Below the pieces are notes generated by a model. That model did not search any database. It worked only from the letters and a program-made list of their open reading frames with translations, and had not been told where the DNA came from. 34,529 nucleotides of DNA from a virus (Duplodnaviria; Caudoviricetes), in IMG/VR virus record IMGVR_UViG_3300025801_000024, positions 1 through 34,529 of that record, one strand, 5' to 3'. Numbering within the stretch: the stretch's first letter is position 1; each line of letters begins with the position of its first letter. A program made the translations under genes and the position numbers. Below are positions 17,480 through 27,627 of this stretch, piece after piece.

Positions 17480-18271
17480 ATGGTTCCCCTGAAGAAGAAA
17501 CGTGAGACCCGGTGTGAACGATACGAAGCCGGAGAGGGGAATCTCTGCGGCTGGATTCAGTTCGTAGCGCCCCTGATTGGCGCGGCCGCGAGCTACCTGT
17601 TGAACGACAGTGAGGATAACTCCCAGGCCACGACAACCCAGACTTCCAACAGCCAGGGGAGCAGCACCCCCACCTGGTCTAGCGAGCAGAAACCTTACCT
17701 GTGGTCTGGCCAGACGTGGAACCCGGATCAGTACCTCCCCCAGTACACCGCGGACGCGCTCAACTGGGGCCAAGCGCTGGCCGCCGGGGTGAACCCGGTC
17801 AGTGGCCAGACCCAGTTTCTTCAGGGCCAGGACCTGGTGAACAACATCCTTGGTCAGGGGAACAACGGGGTCCTCGGAAACCTGTTCCGAACCAATGTGG
17901 GGTTCTCGCCATCCTTGTTGACCAACAACCCGTTTTATTCTGGGCAGAACGTGGTGGACCCGCAGAACCTATGGCGCGGGGAAGGAATCACCAGCGCGGA
18001 GCCGGGGGCTTCTACGACCCGGGAGCAGGCTCCGTCTGGTCAGGACAGCCAGGGGGCGGACGCTGATCTCGCGGCCTATCTGGACTGGGCCAACAAACTT
18101 CAGGGGTCCTACAACCAGGTGCAAAGCATCCCCGCGGTCGCCAATGGCACCTTCGGGACGGTCCCGGGGTGGGGGAACGGGGCGCCTCCGGATACGTCCT
18201 TGGCGGCGTACCTCAACCAGAGCCCTGGTCTCGGTATCCTAGCCGACTTAGCCGCACAGCACGGAGCCTGA
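17480..18271 (+). CDS. putative internal virion/ejection protein
   Basis: GWIQFVAPLIGAAASYLL amphipathic segment, then a T/S-rich stretch and PTWSSEQKPYL; Q/N/G-rich. Confidence 0.7.
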   Translation: MVPLKKKRETRCERYEAGEGNLCGWIQFVAPLIGAAASYLLNDSEDNSQATTTQTSNSQGSSTPTWSSEQKPYLWSGQTWNPDQYLPQYTADALNWGQALAAGVNPVSGQTQFLQGQDLVNNILGQGNNGVLGNLFRTNVGFSPSLLTNNPFYSGQNVVDPQNLWRGEGITSAEPGASTTREQAPSGQDSQGADADLAAYLDWANKLQGSYNQVQSIPAVANGTFGTVPGWGNGAPPDTSLAAYLNQSPGLGILADLAAQHGA

Positions 18272-18272
18272 T

Positions 18273-19529
18273 ATGGCTGATTATTACGATCCTTACGCCA
18301 TCGCCAGCTCGGCGAGCAGTTTGCTGAATAGGCCTTACGAGTCGAGCAGCATTTTCGCGCCAGCCGGGATCAACGACACCACGAAGCAGGGGTGGCAAAC
18401 CGCGCTCGAAGGTTTGTCGGCCCAGTACGACCCGTCGCTCGCCTATGCCCAAAACATGGGCGGGACAGCCAATAACCTCAACAATCAGTACAACTGGCTC
18501 ATGTCCGGGCAGGGGTACTGGAATGCTCCGATGCAGGGGGCCTATGACACCGCGGTAGGTGCGCCGAACCAACCCGGGTTCAACCAAGCGTACGGTCTGG
18601 GGGGTTTGAACTACTCCCAGTTCGGCAGTGGGTGGAATCCGCAACTCGCGAACCAGATCAACCAGGTCGGCGCGTCATTTGACCCCTACAACAACCCAGC
18701 GCTCTTGGACTCAGTCCAGAGCGGGGTTGACATGCTCCAGCGGCAGTTCAACCAGGAGACCATGCCGAATATTAACGCTCAGCTCGGCTCCGCGGGGCCT
18801 GGAGCCTACGGCGGGACCAGGGCGGGGGTAGCTGAAGGGATCGCGGCCCAGGGCCTCACAGACGCCCAGGGCCAGCTTATCAACGACATGCTGTCCCAAG
18901 GGTATGCTCAAGGTTTGGCCAACTACGTGGGAGACCGCGGGAACACGTTGAGCACGGCCCTGGGTGCCGGGCAGATCGGAGGAGAGCTTGGTCTCGGCAC
19001 AGCCCAGCTCTACGGGGACCTGGCGAATCAGCAGGGAAACCTCGGGCTAGGGTCCGCCCAGATTCAAGGCGAGCTTGGAGCCAACCAGCTTAATGCCCAG
19101 AACAATCTTTACGGTATGGGGCTTCAGTACCTCCCGGGGTTGCAGACGCAAGCGTACAACGCAAACCTGACCCCCGGGCAGTCGCTCACCGGCCTCGGTC
19201 AGGAGATGGCCGGATACGGTTTCGCGCAACAGCAGGCGGACCAGAACCAGCTCGACTACTACAACCAGCAGAATGCCGAGATGGTCAACTGGCCGTGGCA
19301 ACAGCTCATGAACTACAACAGCGTCATGAACCCATACTTGGCGCCGGGGAACGTGACGAGCAACTCCGGAACTCAGAGCGCCCAGGCCCCGGGGATGTCG
19401 AACACGCAGGCGGCGATTGGCGGGGCCGCCCTCGGGTATGGTCTCTACGATCAGTTCGGGAATCAGGGAAACAATTACAACGCCTACAACCCAACGGAGG
19501 GGTATTCCTATAACGGGTGGTACTACTAA
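18273..19529 (+). CDS. putative ejection/DNA-transfer protein
   Basis: Q/N/G/A-rich with no Cys; GAYGGTRAGVAEGIA and PWQQLMNY motifs typical of podovirus ejection proteins. Confidence 0.8.
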   Translation: MADYYDPYAIASSASSLLNRPYESSSIFAPAGINDTTKQGWQTALEGLSAQYDPSLAYAQNMGGTANNLNNQYNWLMSGQGYWNAPMQGAYDTAVGAPNQPGFNQAYGLGGLNYSQFGSGWNPQLANQINQVGASFDPYNNPALLDSVQSGVDMLQRQFNQETMPNINAQLGSAGPGAYGGTRAGVAEGIAAQGLTDAQGQLINDMLSQGYAQGLANYVGDRGNTLSTALGAGQIGGELGLGTAQLYGDLANQQGNLGLGSAQIQGELGANQLNAQNNLYGMGLQYLPGLQTQAYNANLTPGQSLTGLGQEMAGYGFAQQQADQNQLDYYNQQNAEMVNWPWQQLMNYNSVMNPYLAPGNVTSNSGTQSAQAPGMSNTQAAIGGAALGYGLYDQFGNQGNNYNAYNPTEGYSYNGWYY

Positions 19530-20971
19530 TGGCCGGAAGAGAAGACGCTTGGCAGCTCTTCTACGAGCTTGAAAAGAAGTACGGTCTTCCGCTCGGGACC
19601 CTAGATGCCCTGTGGGCGCAGGAATCTGGGCGCGGGAAGAATCTTCTGAACGAGAGCAGCCAAGCTGCCGGGCACTTCCAGATCATCCCGAGCAACTACG
19701 AGGCGGCGGGGATCAACCCGAACGACTTGGCGCAGAGTGCCGAGTGGACGGCGATGAACGCCCGGAAGGCGATCGACTCGTTTCCGAACCTCAATCCGGT
19801 CGAAGCGATCGCGAAGTACCACTACGCCGGCCCTGACGTGAAGCAGTGGGGGCCGAAGACCGAAAAATATGCCAAGGACATCGGGTCCCGGCTGGCCGGG
19901 GCGCGGGCGTCCTTATCTCTGCAACAGCCCCCTGCAGCCACGGCCGCCCCCGTGCGGCAGCCTATGGCCCCGGAGCTGGCCAACCTGATGCAGGCGTCCC
20001 TGGCGCCGGTGGACATGACCCTGGACCCATCCCAGAGGTCTGTCTCGCAGTCTATGTCCTCGAACCCCTGGCTGCAGATGGGGCTCGGGGTCCTGTCGCA
20101 AGGGGGAACCGGGAAGCCGGCGCTCTCGAATATTGCCGCGGGGGCCCAGCAGGGGATCCTGGCCGCAGACAAGTCGCAGTCCGATTGGGAGGCCAAGCAG
20201 CGTCAGGCGATGCACGATCAGCTTTGGCAGCGTCAGATCAACAACTCGATCCTCAACACTCTCGGCGCACAGCAACCGAATCCGTATGAGCTGATGACGG
20301 CTCAGAACACTCAGAACGCGAACCAGATAAACGCCTATCGGGCAAAGACCGAGAGGATGAAGCTGGATCAACCGGGGGCCGGGGGAAGAGGCGGTGCCAG
20401 TTCCGCTACGTCTGACCCCAGCTCCGTGTTGGCAGGAATCGACGAAACGATTCGACTCGTGAAAGACAATCCGGAAGCGGTTGGGTTTACCGCCCCGGTT
20501 ATCAGAACCGTAGGCGCCTTCGGCAATTCTGTGCTGGACGCTTTCGGCATCCCGACCGACGACCCGACTCGGAAAGCCTGGAACGAAAAGACGGCGTATG
20601 GGACCCAGGCCAAGGTTGATTTCCGGCTCCAGGTTTCTGTCATGGAGACGGCGAACTGGATCGTGAACCAGAAGGGAAGCGCCCAGGGGGCGAGAATCAC
20701 AGACAACGATGTGAAGAACGCCCGAAGAATCCTGGAAGGTGGGAGCTGGATAAACAACAGCACGGCGGCGATCGAGGCGCTCAACGGTTTACGCGATGTC
20801 GTAGCTCGGGTTACCGGGTCTTCGGGGACGCCCAGCCAGTCGGCTCCCGGAGCCTCTCAAAGCTACCAGGCCCCCAGTTACTCTGGTACCCCGGGGGTAG
20901 GGTTCATGTCTGGGGGGATGCCTCAGCCCGGGACTAATGGGGTCGTTTCTTTCTCTGATCTCCCGGATTAA
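19529..20971 (+). CDS. ejection protein with N-terminal lytic transglycosylase (SLT) domain
   Basis: EKKYGLPLGTLDALWAQES (catalytic Glu), AAGHFQIIP, AIAKYHYAGP, KTEKYAKDI; ATG overlaps the previous stop (TAATG). Confidence 0.85.
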   Translation: MAGREDAWQLFYELEKKYGLPLGTLDALWAQESGRGKNLLNESSQAAGHFQIIPSNYEAAGINPNDLAQSAEWTAMNARKAIDSFPNLNPVEAIAKYHYAGPDVKQWGPKTEKYAKDIGSRLAGARASLSLQQPPAATAAPVRQPMAPELANLMQASLAPVDMTLDPSQRSVSQSMSSNPWLQMGLGVLSQGGTGKPALSNIAAGAQQGILAADKSQSDWEAKQRQAMHDQLWQRQINNSILNTLGAQQPNPYELMTAQNTQNANQINAYRAKTERMKLDQPGAGGRGGASSATSDPSSVLAGIDETIRLVKDNPEAVGFTAPVIRTVGAFGNSVLDAFGIPTDDPTRKAWNEKTAYGTQAKVDFRLQVSVMETANWIVNQKGSAQGARITDNDVKNARRILEGGSWINNSTAAIEALNGLRDVVARVTGSSGTPSQSAPGASQSYQAPSYSGTPGVGFMSGGMPQPGTNGVVSFSDLPD

Positions 20972-20976
20972 GCGCC

Positions 20977-23529
20977 ATGCAAGTTCAGATGCCAGACGGA
21001 ACCATCCTTTCGGGTGTCCCTGAAGGAACCACAAAGTCGGAGCTTCTTCGGAGATATGAGTTATACCGGAAACAGAACCCGATCGAATCAGTTCCGGTAG
21101 ACGAAAACCTAACGGAGCGGGACCGTTGGCGGCAACAGATAGGCCAGCAGTTCGGGCTGGATCCGTCTCAAGTTGACCTGTCTCAGGGGTTGCCCTTTTT
21201 GCAACGCACCGAGTTAGGGCTTCTCGCCGATCCGAATGCGGGGGAAGTACCGAACCTCCTCGGTGAAATGTACCCAGGTCAGAAGATCGCCAACCTTGGA
21301 GGGGGCCAGTATGCGATAGGCCAAGGCCAAGGTCAGAGCCCGTTGCTGCTTAACCCCCCAGGTTTTGATCGGGGCGATGTGGGGCAGTTCCTCGGCGAGG
21401 TCGGTCCGGCGACCGTAGGAGCCTTGGTCGGAGCCCCGCTTGCCGCGGCCACGACGCCTTTCACCGGCCCCGGTGGGCCCATCGTCGGGGCTACGGTTGG
21501 GGCGACTGTCGGGGAGGGGGCGCGGGAAGGACTTCAGAAGCTGCTCGGGACCTCCCGGGAAACGCCGGCACAGTACTTGCAACGCGCACTCATTTCCGGG
21601 GGAATCGAGGCGGCTACCGGTGGTCTCGGTCTTGGCGTGGCCAAGGGGCTCAAGGCTCTATTTCGCCGGGGGGCCAAGGCTGGGACGGACAAATTCGGTT
21701 CGGTGATGGCCACCAAGGACGCCAACGAGCTTCAGGAGATCATGAAGTGGCTCAAGGAGAACGAGGGTATCGCTCTCCCGGACCTGATGAACTACCAGAA
21801 GACCGATAACAAGATCGTCGATAAGTTCACCAGGCAGGTGATGCAGTTCGACGACGAAGCCCAGCAACGCGCTTTTCAGCAGCTTGAGCAGCTTCGCTCG
21901 GTCATGAAGGGCACGATCCCAGAGACCGGACCTTCTTCGGCCGATGAAATCCTCCGGAACAAGCTCTCAGCTCTGTATTCTCAGAAGAAACCTGCGAAAG
22001 CGAGTCCTACGGTTACCGGGGCCAAATTTCAAGAGTCCGTTGATCAAGGGTTGGCGGAAGCGAAAGGACTGATGCAGGATTCCTACAACAGGGATCTGTA
22101 CCCGCTCCTCGACAAGTATCAGCCGAAGTACGACATAGGCCCGGCGCAGAAAATCGCCGTCCCAAGAGAGGTTGCGGGGGAAGGGGCGGAAGGAGCGATA
22201 AACGTCGCTGCAAATGAACAAGGTCTGGCTCCGATCTATCAGAAGATTCAAGCACTAGACCCGCTCCAAGGGCAACCGGTGGAAGTCGTCCGGGAACTTC
22301 GTAGCCAGGTAGGCCAGTTGCGGGATCTCCCCTTGGCGAAGAAGCTGGAGAGTGGGGTAGACCCGGCGAAAGCTTCGGAGTTGTACGACACCCTTAGCAG
22401 GATTCTGGAGAACCCGCAGGGGGTAACCCCGGATCAGGCCGCGGAGATCGTCTCGGCGGCTCGTAAGAGCAACCGGTTAGCTAAGAGCTATTACGACAAC
22501 TACGACAAGACCGACATCTTGCGGGTGATCAACTCGACGCAGGGGGGCACGCCTACCCAGCTCGGGAACTATTTCACGGAGCACCCGGCGGCTATCGAGA
22601 AATCTCTTCGGGACATCGTGGAAAAGGTCCCATCCAAGAACAAAACGGAGACCGTGGGGGTCCTTCGAAAGAATCTCGACGCCTCGATAATGGCCTCGGA
22701 TGACCCGTACAAGGTCCTCAATACCTGGGAAGAGAAGGCCCCGGATGCGCTCAAGTGGCTCTACCCCACGGACCAAAAGCTCTCGCTGGCCAGGCAAACT
22801 GCAAAAGAATTCCGGGATCTGAACTCTGGGCCAATGCGGGAAGCCTTTGACATGGGGCTCACTCGGGTAGGCTTCGCGGAAGACGTTCTCAAGCAAGCTT
22901 CCGCGGCAGAGCCTTCACGAGGAGGAGGGAGGACTGCGGCGTTCGGGAAGCGATCTGGGGAGCCGTTGCGAAACCTGCGAGCTGAAGACCGCGTAGTCCA
23001 GCTCATGAAACAGGTCGGAGGGGTGGAGTCGGATTCGGAAGCCCGGCTTGCCCTTCGGGAAGGGCTGATCTCCGACGTTATCCAGAATAGCATGAAGGAG
23101 CACCCGAAAGGTGGGCTGCTTCCGGAATCCTCAAGAGCGAACCGAGCGATCTCGAAGCTCGAAGAGTCTCCCTACTGGAATACGATTCTGACCCCGAGGG
23201 ACCGTAAGGCTTTGCAAGCGTTCAAGTCCTACGCCCGGAGAGCATGGAATAGTGGAGACGCCGGGACCGGGCTCGCGGTGGCTTCCCAGATCGGTCAGCT
23301 TCGCAAGGGGGATCTCGGGGCTTTGGCGTCAACGGTCCAAGCGAGAACTTTCGCTAGGATGTTGACGAGCACCGATGTCCCGTTCTCTACCTGGTTTAAC
23401 CGGTCCACCCGGAGTGGGAGGGAAACTACGGCTTTCGGGTATGCACGCAAAGCGTTCTTCACGTCCTTGAGACAAGATCTCGGGCGCGTCCTCCCTGAGC
23501 AGGAAGACGAATACAAGGCTACCCGGTAA
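20977..23529 (+). CDS. large internal virion/ejection protein
   Basis: 850 aa; MQVQMPDGTILSGVPEGTTKSEL N-terminal motif; Gly/Ala hydrophobic segment; last gene of the structural arm. Confidence 0.8.
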   Translation: MQVQMPDGTILSGVPEGTTKSELLRRYELYRKQNPIESVPVDENLTERDRWRQQIGQQFGLDPSQVDLSQGLPFLQRTELGLLADPNAGEVPNLLGEMYPGQKIANLGGGQYAIGQGQGQSPLLLNPPGFDRGDVGQFLGEVGPATVGALVGAPLAAATTPFTGPGGPIVGATVGATVGEGAREGLQKLLGTSRETPAQYLQRALISGGIEAATGGLGLGVAKGLKALFRRGAKAGTDKFGSVMATKDANELQEIMKWLKENEGIALPDLMNYQKTDNKIVDKFTRQVMQFDDEAQQRAFQQLEQLRSVMKGTIPETGPSSADEILRNKLSALYSQKKPAKASPTVTGAKFQESVDQGLAEAKGLMQDSYNRDLYPLLDKYQPKYDIGPAQKIAVPREVAGEGAEGAINVAANEQGLAPIYQKIQALDPLQGQPVEVVRELRSQVGQLRDLPLAKKLESGVDPAKASELYDTLSRILENPQGVTPDQAAEIVSAARKSNRLAKSYYDNYDKTDILRVINSTQGGTPTQLGNYFTEHPAAIEKSLRDIVEKVPSKNKTETVGVLRKNLDASIMASDDPYKVLNTWEEKAPDALKWLYPTDQKLSLARQTAKEFRDLNSGPMREAFDMGLTRVGFAEDVLKQASAAEPSRGGGRTAAFGKRSGEPLRNLRAEDRVVQLMKQVGGVESDSEARLALREGLISDVIQNSMKEHPKGGLLPESSRANRAISKLEESPYWNTILTPRDRKALQAFKSYARRAWNSGDAGTGLAVASQIGQLRKGDLGALASTVQARTFARMLTSTDVPFSTWFNRSTRSGRETTAFGYARKAFFTSLRQDLGRVLPEQEDEYKATR

Positions 23530-23659
23530 AGAGTTTCCAGACTCCGAAAGCAGCGACGGCTACGACCAGGTACAGGAGCGCAGTAATCGCCGTTCCGATG
23601 AGCCCGGTAAGCAGGCTGGCAAGGAGAATGAGAGACTCAAAAGGGTTGCGATCGTTCAT
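23519..23659 (-). CDS. 46-aa membrane protein
   Basis: MNDRNPFESLILLASLLTGLIGTAITALLYLVVAVAAFGVWKLFTG; ATG overlaps the helicase stop (TAATG). Confidence 0.55.
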   Translation of the reverse strand: MNDRNPFESLILLASLLTGLIGTAITALLYLVVAVAAFGVWKLFTG

Positions 23660-25104
23660 TACTTCGACTCCCGGTAAGCCTTGATCCGGTCTTTGAGATC
23701 CTGCTGGGTCTTCTGTTTCGGGTGGAGCTTTTCCCATAGCAAGACCTCGTCGATCGTGTTGCGTGCGAGGATGTGGTGAACAACCGAGGCGCCTTTCCGG
23801 CGGTGGCCACCGAACAGCCTGGCGTTCATCTGGTTGTAGAGCTGTAGGTCGTAGGGCAAGGAGAACCACACGACAGCCCGGGCGCTTGACCCCTGCAGGT
23901 TGAGCCCGTGGCCCATGCTCTTCGGATGCCCGCATAGGAGCGGGATCTCATCGGCGTCCCAGCGGCGGATCACGTCGTCAAGAGCCCGCTCCCCGAGCTT
24001 GCTCGACAAGAAGGTCGCGCCGGAGTGCTCTTGTGGCTTCTCAGGGAACGCTGCGGCGATCCGCTGGGCTTCGTGGCGGTAAGTATACCCGCAGAGCACC
24101 GGGCGCCCTCCTGACTCCTCTAGGAGGTCCTGGAGGGCCTCAAGCTTCTCTCGATGGATCTCTTCCCAGGGTCCGCCCGTGGTCAAGTACACGGCGCCCG
24201 AGGCAATCTGGATCAGCTTGTTGAATTTTGCTGCCGCGAAATCGACTTCGAGTGTAGACCCGGAATCCAGCTCGGCGAAGAACAGCTCTTCGACCTGGTC
24301 ATAGATCTTCCTGGCGGATGGTGGCAGGTCAACCCAGATTACGTTGTCCACGACCGGTGGGAGGTCGAGGTAGTCTTTGGCGGACAGGGACAAGGTGATG
24401 TCCGCAATACGGTCCTGGATCTGTTGTCGCCCTGTCCGCGTAGCGATCCAGCTCCGGCCTTGATACCCGCTCGGCGCGAGGAACCGTTCGCGGTACTGGG
24501 TCACGGCGGTGCCCAGGCGCTGGCCACCATCTACCACAAGGTATTGACCGAACAGATCCGCGTAGCCGTTGGTTGCCGGCTCGCCGGTGAGTCCTGCCCG
24601 GCGGCTGAAATACTTGGCAACGGACACCCACGCCTTCGCATTGACGCTACCCCCGGCGACGTTCGGCATGCGGGCATTCTTCAACCTGGTAATCTCGTCG
24701 TAGGCCACCATGGAGAACGGGGGGTAGAGCTTCCGTCGTAGCCAACGGTGGTTGATCTCCGTGACCAGCCACTGGAGATTCTCGGGGTTCACCAGGTAGA
24801 TGTCGGCGCGGCGCCGAAGGGCCGCGACCCTGGAGACTCGATTCCCGTGGATCAGGGAGAACCGGAGGTGCTTGGTGTGCTCCCACTTCTTGGCCTCCTG
24901 TCTCCAGACTGATTGGATGATGCGCTTAGGCGCAATGATCAGTAGCGCGGAGACGGCCCAGGCGGCCCGAAGCCGAAGGAACGCGGTCAACAGCATGATC
25001 GTCTTACCGAGCCCCATGTCAGCCCAGACCATGCAGTTAGGGTGACCTATTATGTGGTCAACCCCCCGGTGCTGATAGGAATAAAAATCAGCCTCCGAGA
25101 GCAT
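23659..25104 (-). CDS. SNF2-family (SF2) DNA helicase
   Basis: ADMGLGKT Walker A, AYDEI Walker B, GLTGEPATNG, HPKSMGHGLNLQ, QMNARL. Confidence 0.92.
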   Translation of the reverse strand: MLSEADFYSYQHRGVDHIIGHPNCMVWADMGLGKTIMLLTAFLRLRAAWAVSALLIIAPKRIIQSVWRQEAKKWEHTKHLRFSLIHGNRVSRVAALRRRADIYLVNPENLQWLVTEINHRWLRRKLYPPFSMVAYDEITRLKNARMPNVAGGSVNAKAWVSVAKYFSRRAGLTGEPATNGYADLFGQYLVVDGGQRLGTAVTQYRERFLAPSGYQGRSWIATRTGRQQIQDRIADITLSLSAKDYLDLPPVVDNVIWVDLPPSARKIYDQVEELFFAELDSGSTLEVDFAAAKFNKLIQIASGAVYLTTGGPWEEIHREKLEALQDLLEESGGRPVLCGYTYRHEAQRIAAAFPEKPQEHSGATFLSSKLGERALDDVIRRWDADEIPLLCGHPKSMGHGLNLQGSSARAVVWFSLPYDLQLYNQMNARLFGGHRRKGASVVHHILARNTIDEVLLWEKLHPKQKTQQDLKDRIKAYRESK

Positions 25105-25107
25105 GGC

Positions 25108-25416
25108 TCAGCCCCGCAGGAACTCCCATTCCTTTCCCCCGAATAACCGTAACATCTCCTCCATAAGAGCCATCTCACTGTGGTGTTTCCCTATGTTAAT
25201 ATTTTCGTCGCTCGGGGCGCATTCGTCGCGTTCAAAGCAAACCCTTTTTCTGGAGAATACTTCAAGAGACGTTTGTACTACGGAGTATCGAAGGTCACTC
25301 TCGCGGGCTATTTTGAAGGTTCTATGCAAAAAAACCTCTTCCCCGAAGGTCTCCTTGAGTTTATCACGAAGGCGCTGGCATTCCTCTTTTAGTCGTTTAG
25401 CTTGTTCTTTAGTCAT
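25108..25416 (-). CDS. hypothetical protein, paralog of 25448-25756
   Basis: 102 aa; GAGGAAACAACG RBS; ends EMLRLFGGKEWEFLRG. Confidence 0.8.
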   Translation of the reverse strand: MTKEQAKRLKEECQRLRDKLKETFGEEVFLHRTFKIARESDLRYSVVQTSLEVFSRKRVCFERDECAPSDENINIGKHHSEMALMEEMLRLFGGKEWEFLRG

Positions 25417-25447
25417 CGTTGTTTCCTCTATGGTTAGAGAGCATGTC

Positions 25448-25756
25448 TCAGGCCCGAAGGAACTCCCACTCCTTACCCCCGAATAACCGTAACATCTCGG
25501 CTATAAGATCCATCTCGTTGCGGTATTCATTTGAACCTACGTCCTCCTCGTACAGGCTATGGTCGTTGTCTTTGTGACGTATGTTTCTCCGTATATCTAG
25601 GTCCAGCTTCGTTCTCAATAAAGAAAACCGAGAATTCCCTACTCTCGGGGCTGGTTTAAGCTCGTGGTAAAACACACTTTCGCCGTATCCATCCATGAGT
25701 TCATCGCGAAGACGTTGGCATTCTTTTTTAAGCCGCTCGGTTTGTTCATCGGTCAT
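25448..25756 (-). CDS. hypothetical protein, paralog of 25108-25416
   Basis: 102 aa; same leader; ends EMLRLFGGKEWEFLRA. Confidence 0.8.
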   Translation of the reverse strand: MTDEQTERLKKECQRLRDELMDGYGESVFYHELKPAPRVGNSRFSLLRTKLDLDIRRNIRHKDNDHSLYEEDVGSNEYRNEMDLIAEMLRLFGGKEWEFLRA

Positions 25757-25767
25757 CGTTGTTTCCT

Positions 25768-26103
25768 CTACGATTGGAGTACCCGGATCGCGTCCTCAAG
25801 GTTGTCTACCCAAGTTGCCTCCACTCCAGCATCATTCAACTTTTTAAGTTCTCGGTACTGCCCAGACGTTGGTCGTTTCCCCGGTTGCTTTATTTCGAGG
25901 AACACGACTCGCCCGTTGCGAATGAACTCCCGGTCAGGCACATCGCGTTTATTTTCGCTCTTGAACTTGTAGACGAGCCACCCGGCATTTCGAGCATAAG
26001 CGCAGATCTTCGCCTCGATGGTCGCCTCCCGGGGCTTCCGCTCCCGTTCTTTCCGGGTAGCGGGGGGCGGAAGCCCCGTGCTGTCCCCCCAGAAATCAGC
26101 CAT
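25768..26103 (-). CDS. VRR-NUC domain nuclease
   Basis: REATIEAKIC...GWLVYKF...VPDREF...FLEIKQPGKRPTSGQ; PD-(D/E)XK motif. Confidence 0.9.
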   Translation of the reverse strand: MADFWGDSTGLPPPATRKERERKPREATIEAKICAYARNAGWLVYKFKSENKRDVPDREFIRNGRVVFLEIKQPGKRPTSGQYRELKKLNDAGVEATWVDNLEDAIRVLQS

Positions 26104-26383
26104 CGAGTTTCACGGTAGGGCTGGGTGCGTCACAGACCGCGTTTCGCAGAGAAGCCATGCGCTTTTCACGTTCGTCATCGACCATCTTCAAGGTGGCGTC
26201 TTCCGACACCCCCATCTCGTCGGCGAGTAGCTCAAGTGCCTTGGTAAAAACTAGGGCGCTATGGCTGACAGCCCCGCCAAGCAGCTTGAGTGTCTGGTCT
26301 CCGGTGCCGAGTTGTAGGGCCAGCACCTGGAGGCTGACCAACTCGGACACCATGGAGCGTAAGAGTTTTTCGTCTCTCTCCAT
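26096..26383 (-). CDS. hypothetical protein
   Basis: ORF packed in the operon; GGAGGG upstream. Confidence 0.65.
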   Translation of the reverse strand: MERDEKLLRSMVSELVSLQVLALQLGTGDQTLKLLGGAVSHSALVFTKALELLADEMGVSEDATLKMVDDEREKRMASLRNAVCDAPSPTVKLDG

Positions 26384-26386
26384 CGC

Positions 26387-26596
26387 TCAGCCCTCCCCGT
26401 CGAGCTGGTCCGCCAAAAAACGTAGGGCTTGTGCCACGTCCGCTTTCAATTGTTCAGAGATGTTTTCTCGCTCGTCGCCCCATAAATTGAGATCGACCGT
26501 AATGACTGGGGCACTCTCTATGCACGTTACGCCTGCCACTTTGTACACGCGGAACTCGTCTCCATCACGAGAATAGATAAAATCGGGGTTGCCCAT
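26387..26596 (-). CDS. hypothetical protein
   Basis: ORF with GAGG RBS. Confidence 0.65.
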   Translation of the reverse strand: MGNPDFIYSRDGDEFRVYKVAGVTCIESAPVITVDLNLWGDERENISEQLKADVAQALRFLADQLDGEG

Positions 26597-26607
26597 TTCA
26601 GACTTCC

Positions 26608-27345
26608 TCAGTAAATGAAGTGGCTCTTGGTTACGTCCTGCAGCTCGGTCTCCATCGCGTACCGGGCACAGGTCCAGAACTTCTCGTCCTCCGTCATCTC
26701 AGTGCCCGCGGCCACGGCTACGGCCCCCGCGGCGAGGACCCCGAGGACCGCCTTCGAGACCGGCTCAGGGTCTACTAGGGCGAACCCCACGAGTCCCCCG
26801 TTCCAGGTGGCCGCGCCATACCCGAGCTGCTTGTACCAGCTCGCGTTGGCCATGCAGTGCTTGAGGGACCCTGACCGAAGGTCTGAGATCCCTATGATCT
26901 TCGCCGCGCCGGCACCGCCGGCCCCGAGGGGGTTGGCTTCAACGAACCCAAGCAGCCCGACACTGACCGCGGTTGTCGCGCTATCCGCCAGTTGCCCGGC
27001 TTCCGGCCCCCAGGAGAACGTCGGGGTCCCGTGATTGTCGAGCATGGTCACCAGGCGCCCGTCCCGTTCCTCGGAGAGCAGCCAACCCTCGTCCCTGACC
27101 TTGCCTCGGTCGGTGAGCACGTAACCAGATAGGCACTTGTTCAGGTTGCACTTGGTGTCGAACAGGCGCAGCTTCCCGCGCCGGCCGGACGCCTCCCAGT
27201 AGTCGCGCACCGGCTTGAAATAGACCGAGGTCGGGTCGCCGTTGTTGTAGCCCTTGGTGTACTGGTGCAGAAAGGACGAGGCCCCGGAGAGTCCGGGGAA
27301 CAGCGCAAAAAGCAGGACTAGATATCTCATTTCATGTTTCCTCAT
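26608..27345 (-). CDS. exported/membrane hypothetical protein
   Basis: signal peptide MRYLVLLFALFPGLSGA; C-terminal hydrophobic segments including a VEANPL motif. Confidence 0.7.
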   Translation of the reverse strand: MRKHEMRYLVLLFALFPGLSGASSFLHQYTKGYNNGDPTSVYFKPVRDYWEASGRRGKLRLFDTKCNLNKCLSGYVLTDRGKVRDEGWLLSEERDGRLVTMLDNHGTPTFSWGPEAGQLADSATTAVSVGLLGFVEANPLGAGGAGAAKIIGISDLRSGSLKHCMANASWYKQLGYGAATWNGGLVGFALVDPEPVSKAVLGVLAAGAVAVAAGTEMTEDEKFWTCARYAMETELQDVTKSHFIY

Positions 27346-27366
27346 GTAGCATCGTGATATCAGAGT

Positions 27367-27400
27367 TGGTATACTAACGCTTAAGGTAGGCTAACATCAA
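27367..27400. promoter_or_regulatory. overlapping divergent promoter candidates
   Basis: + strand extended -10 TG-G-TATACT (27367-27375); - strand TTGATG, 18 nt, TAGTAT (27400-27371); lies between divergent genes. Confidence 0.45.
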
Positions 27401-27419
27401 GACTGTCTGGAGAGAAGAA

Positions 27420-27617
27420 ATGAAAAAGCTGCGTAAATTTTGGCTTGTTTACTGGAGCGAAGGCCCTTCGACGGATGACTGGTTGTTTACGCGAAAAGGC
27501 AACGCGGAGGAGAAAGCCGCTGAAATAGTTTCAGAGCATGGGGGACGCGCGTTTGTGATGGAAACGGTAATCATGTTCACCGCCTCCAAGCCGAAAGTAA
27601 AACGCTACGAACTGTAG
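27420..27617 (+). CDS. hypothetical protein
   Basis: GGAGAG RBS; opposite strand to its neighbours. Confidence 0.7.
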   Translation: MKKLRKFWLVYWSEGPSTDDWLFTRKGNAEEKAAEIVSEHGGRAFVMETVIMFTASKPKVKRYEL

Positions 27618-27627
27618 GGGAGCAACC

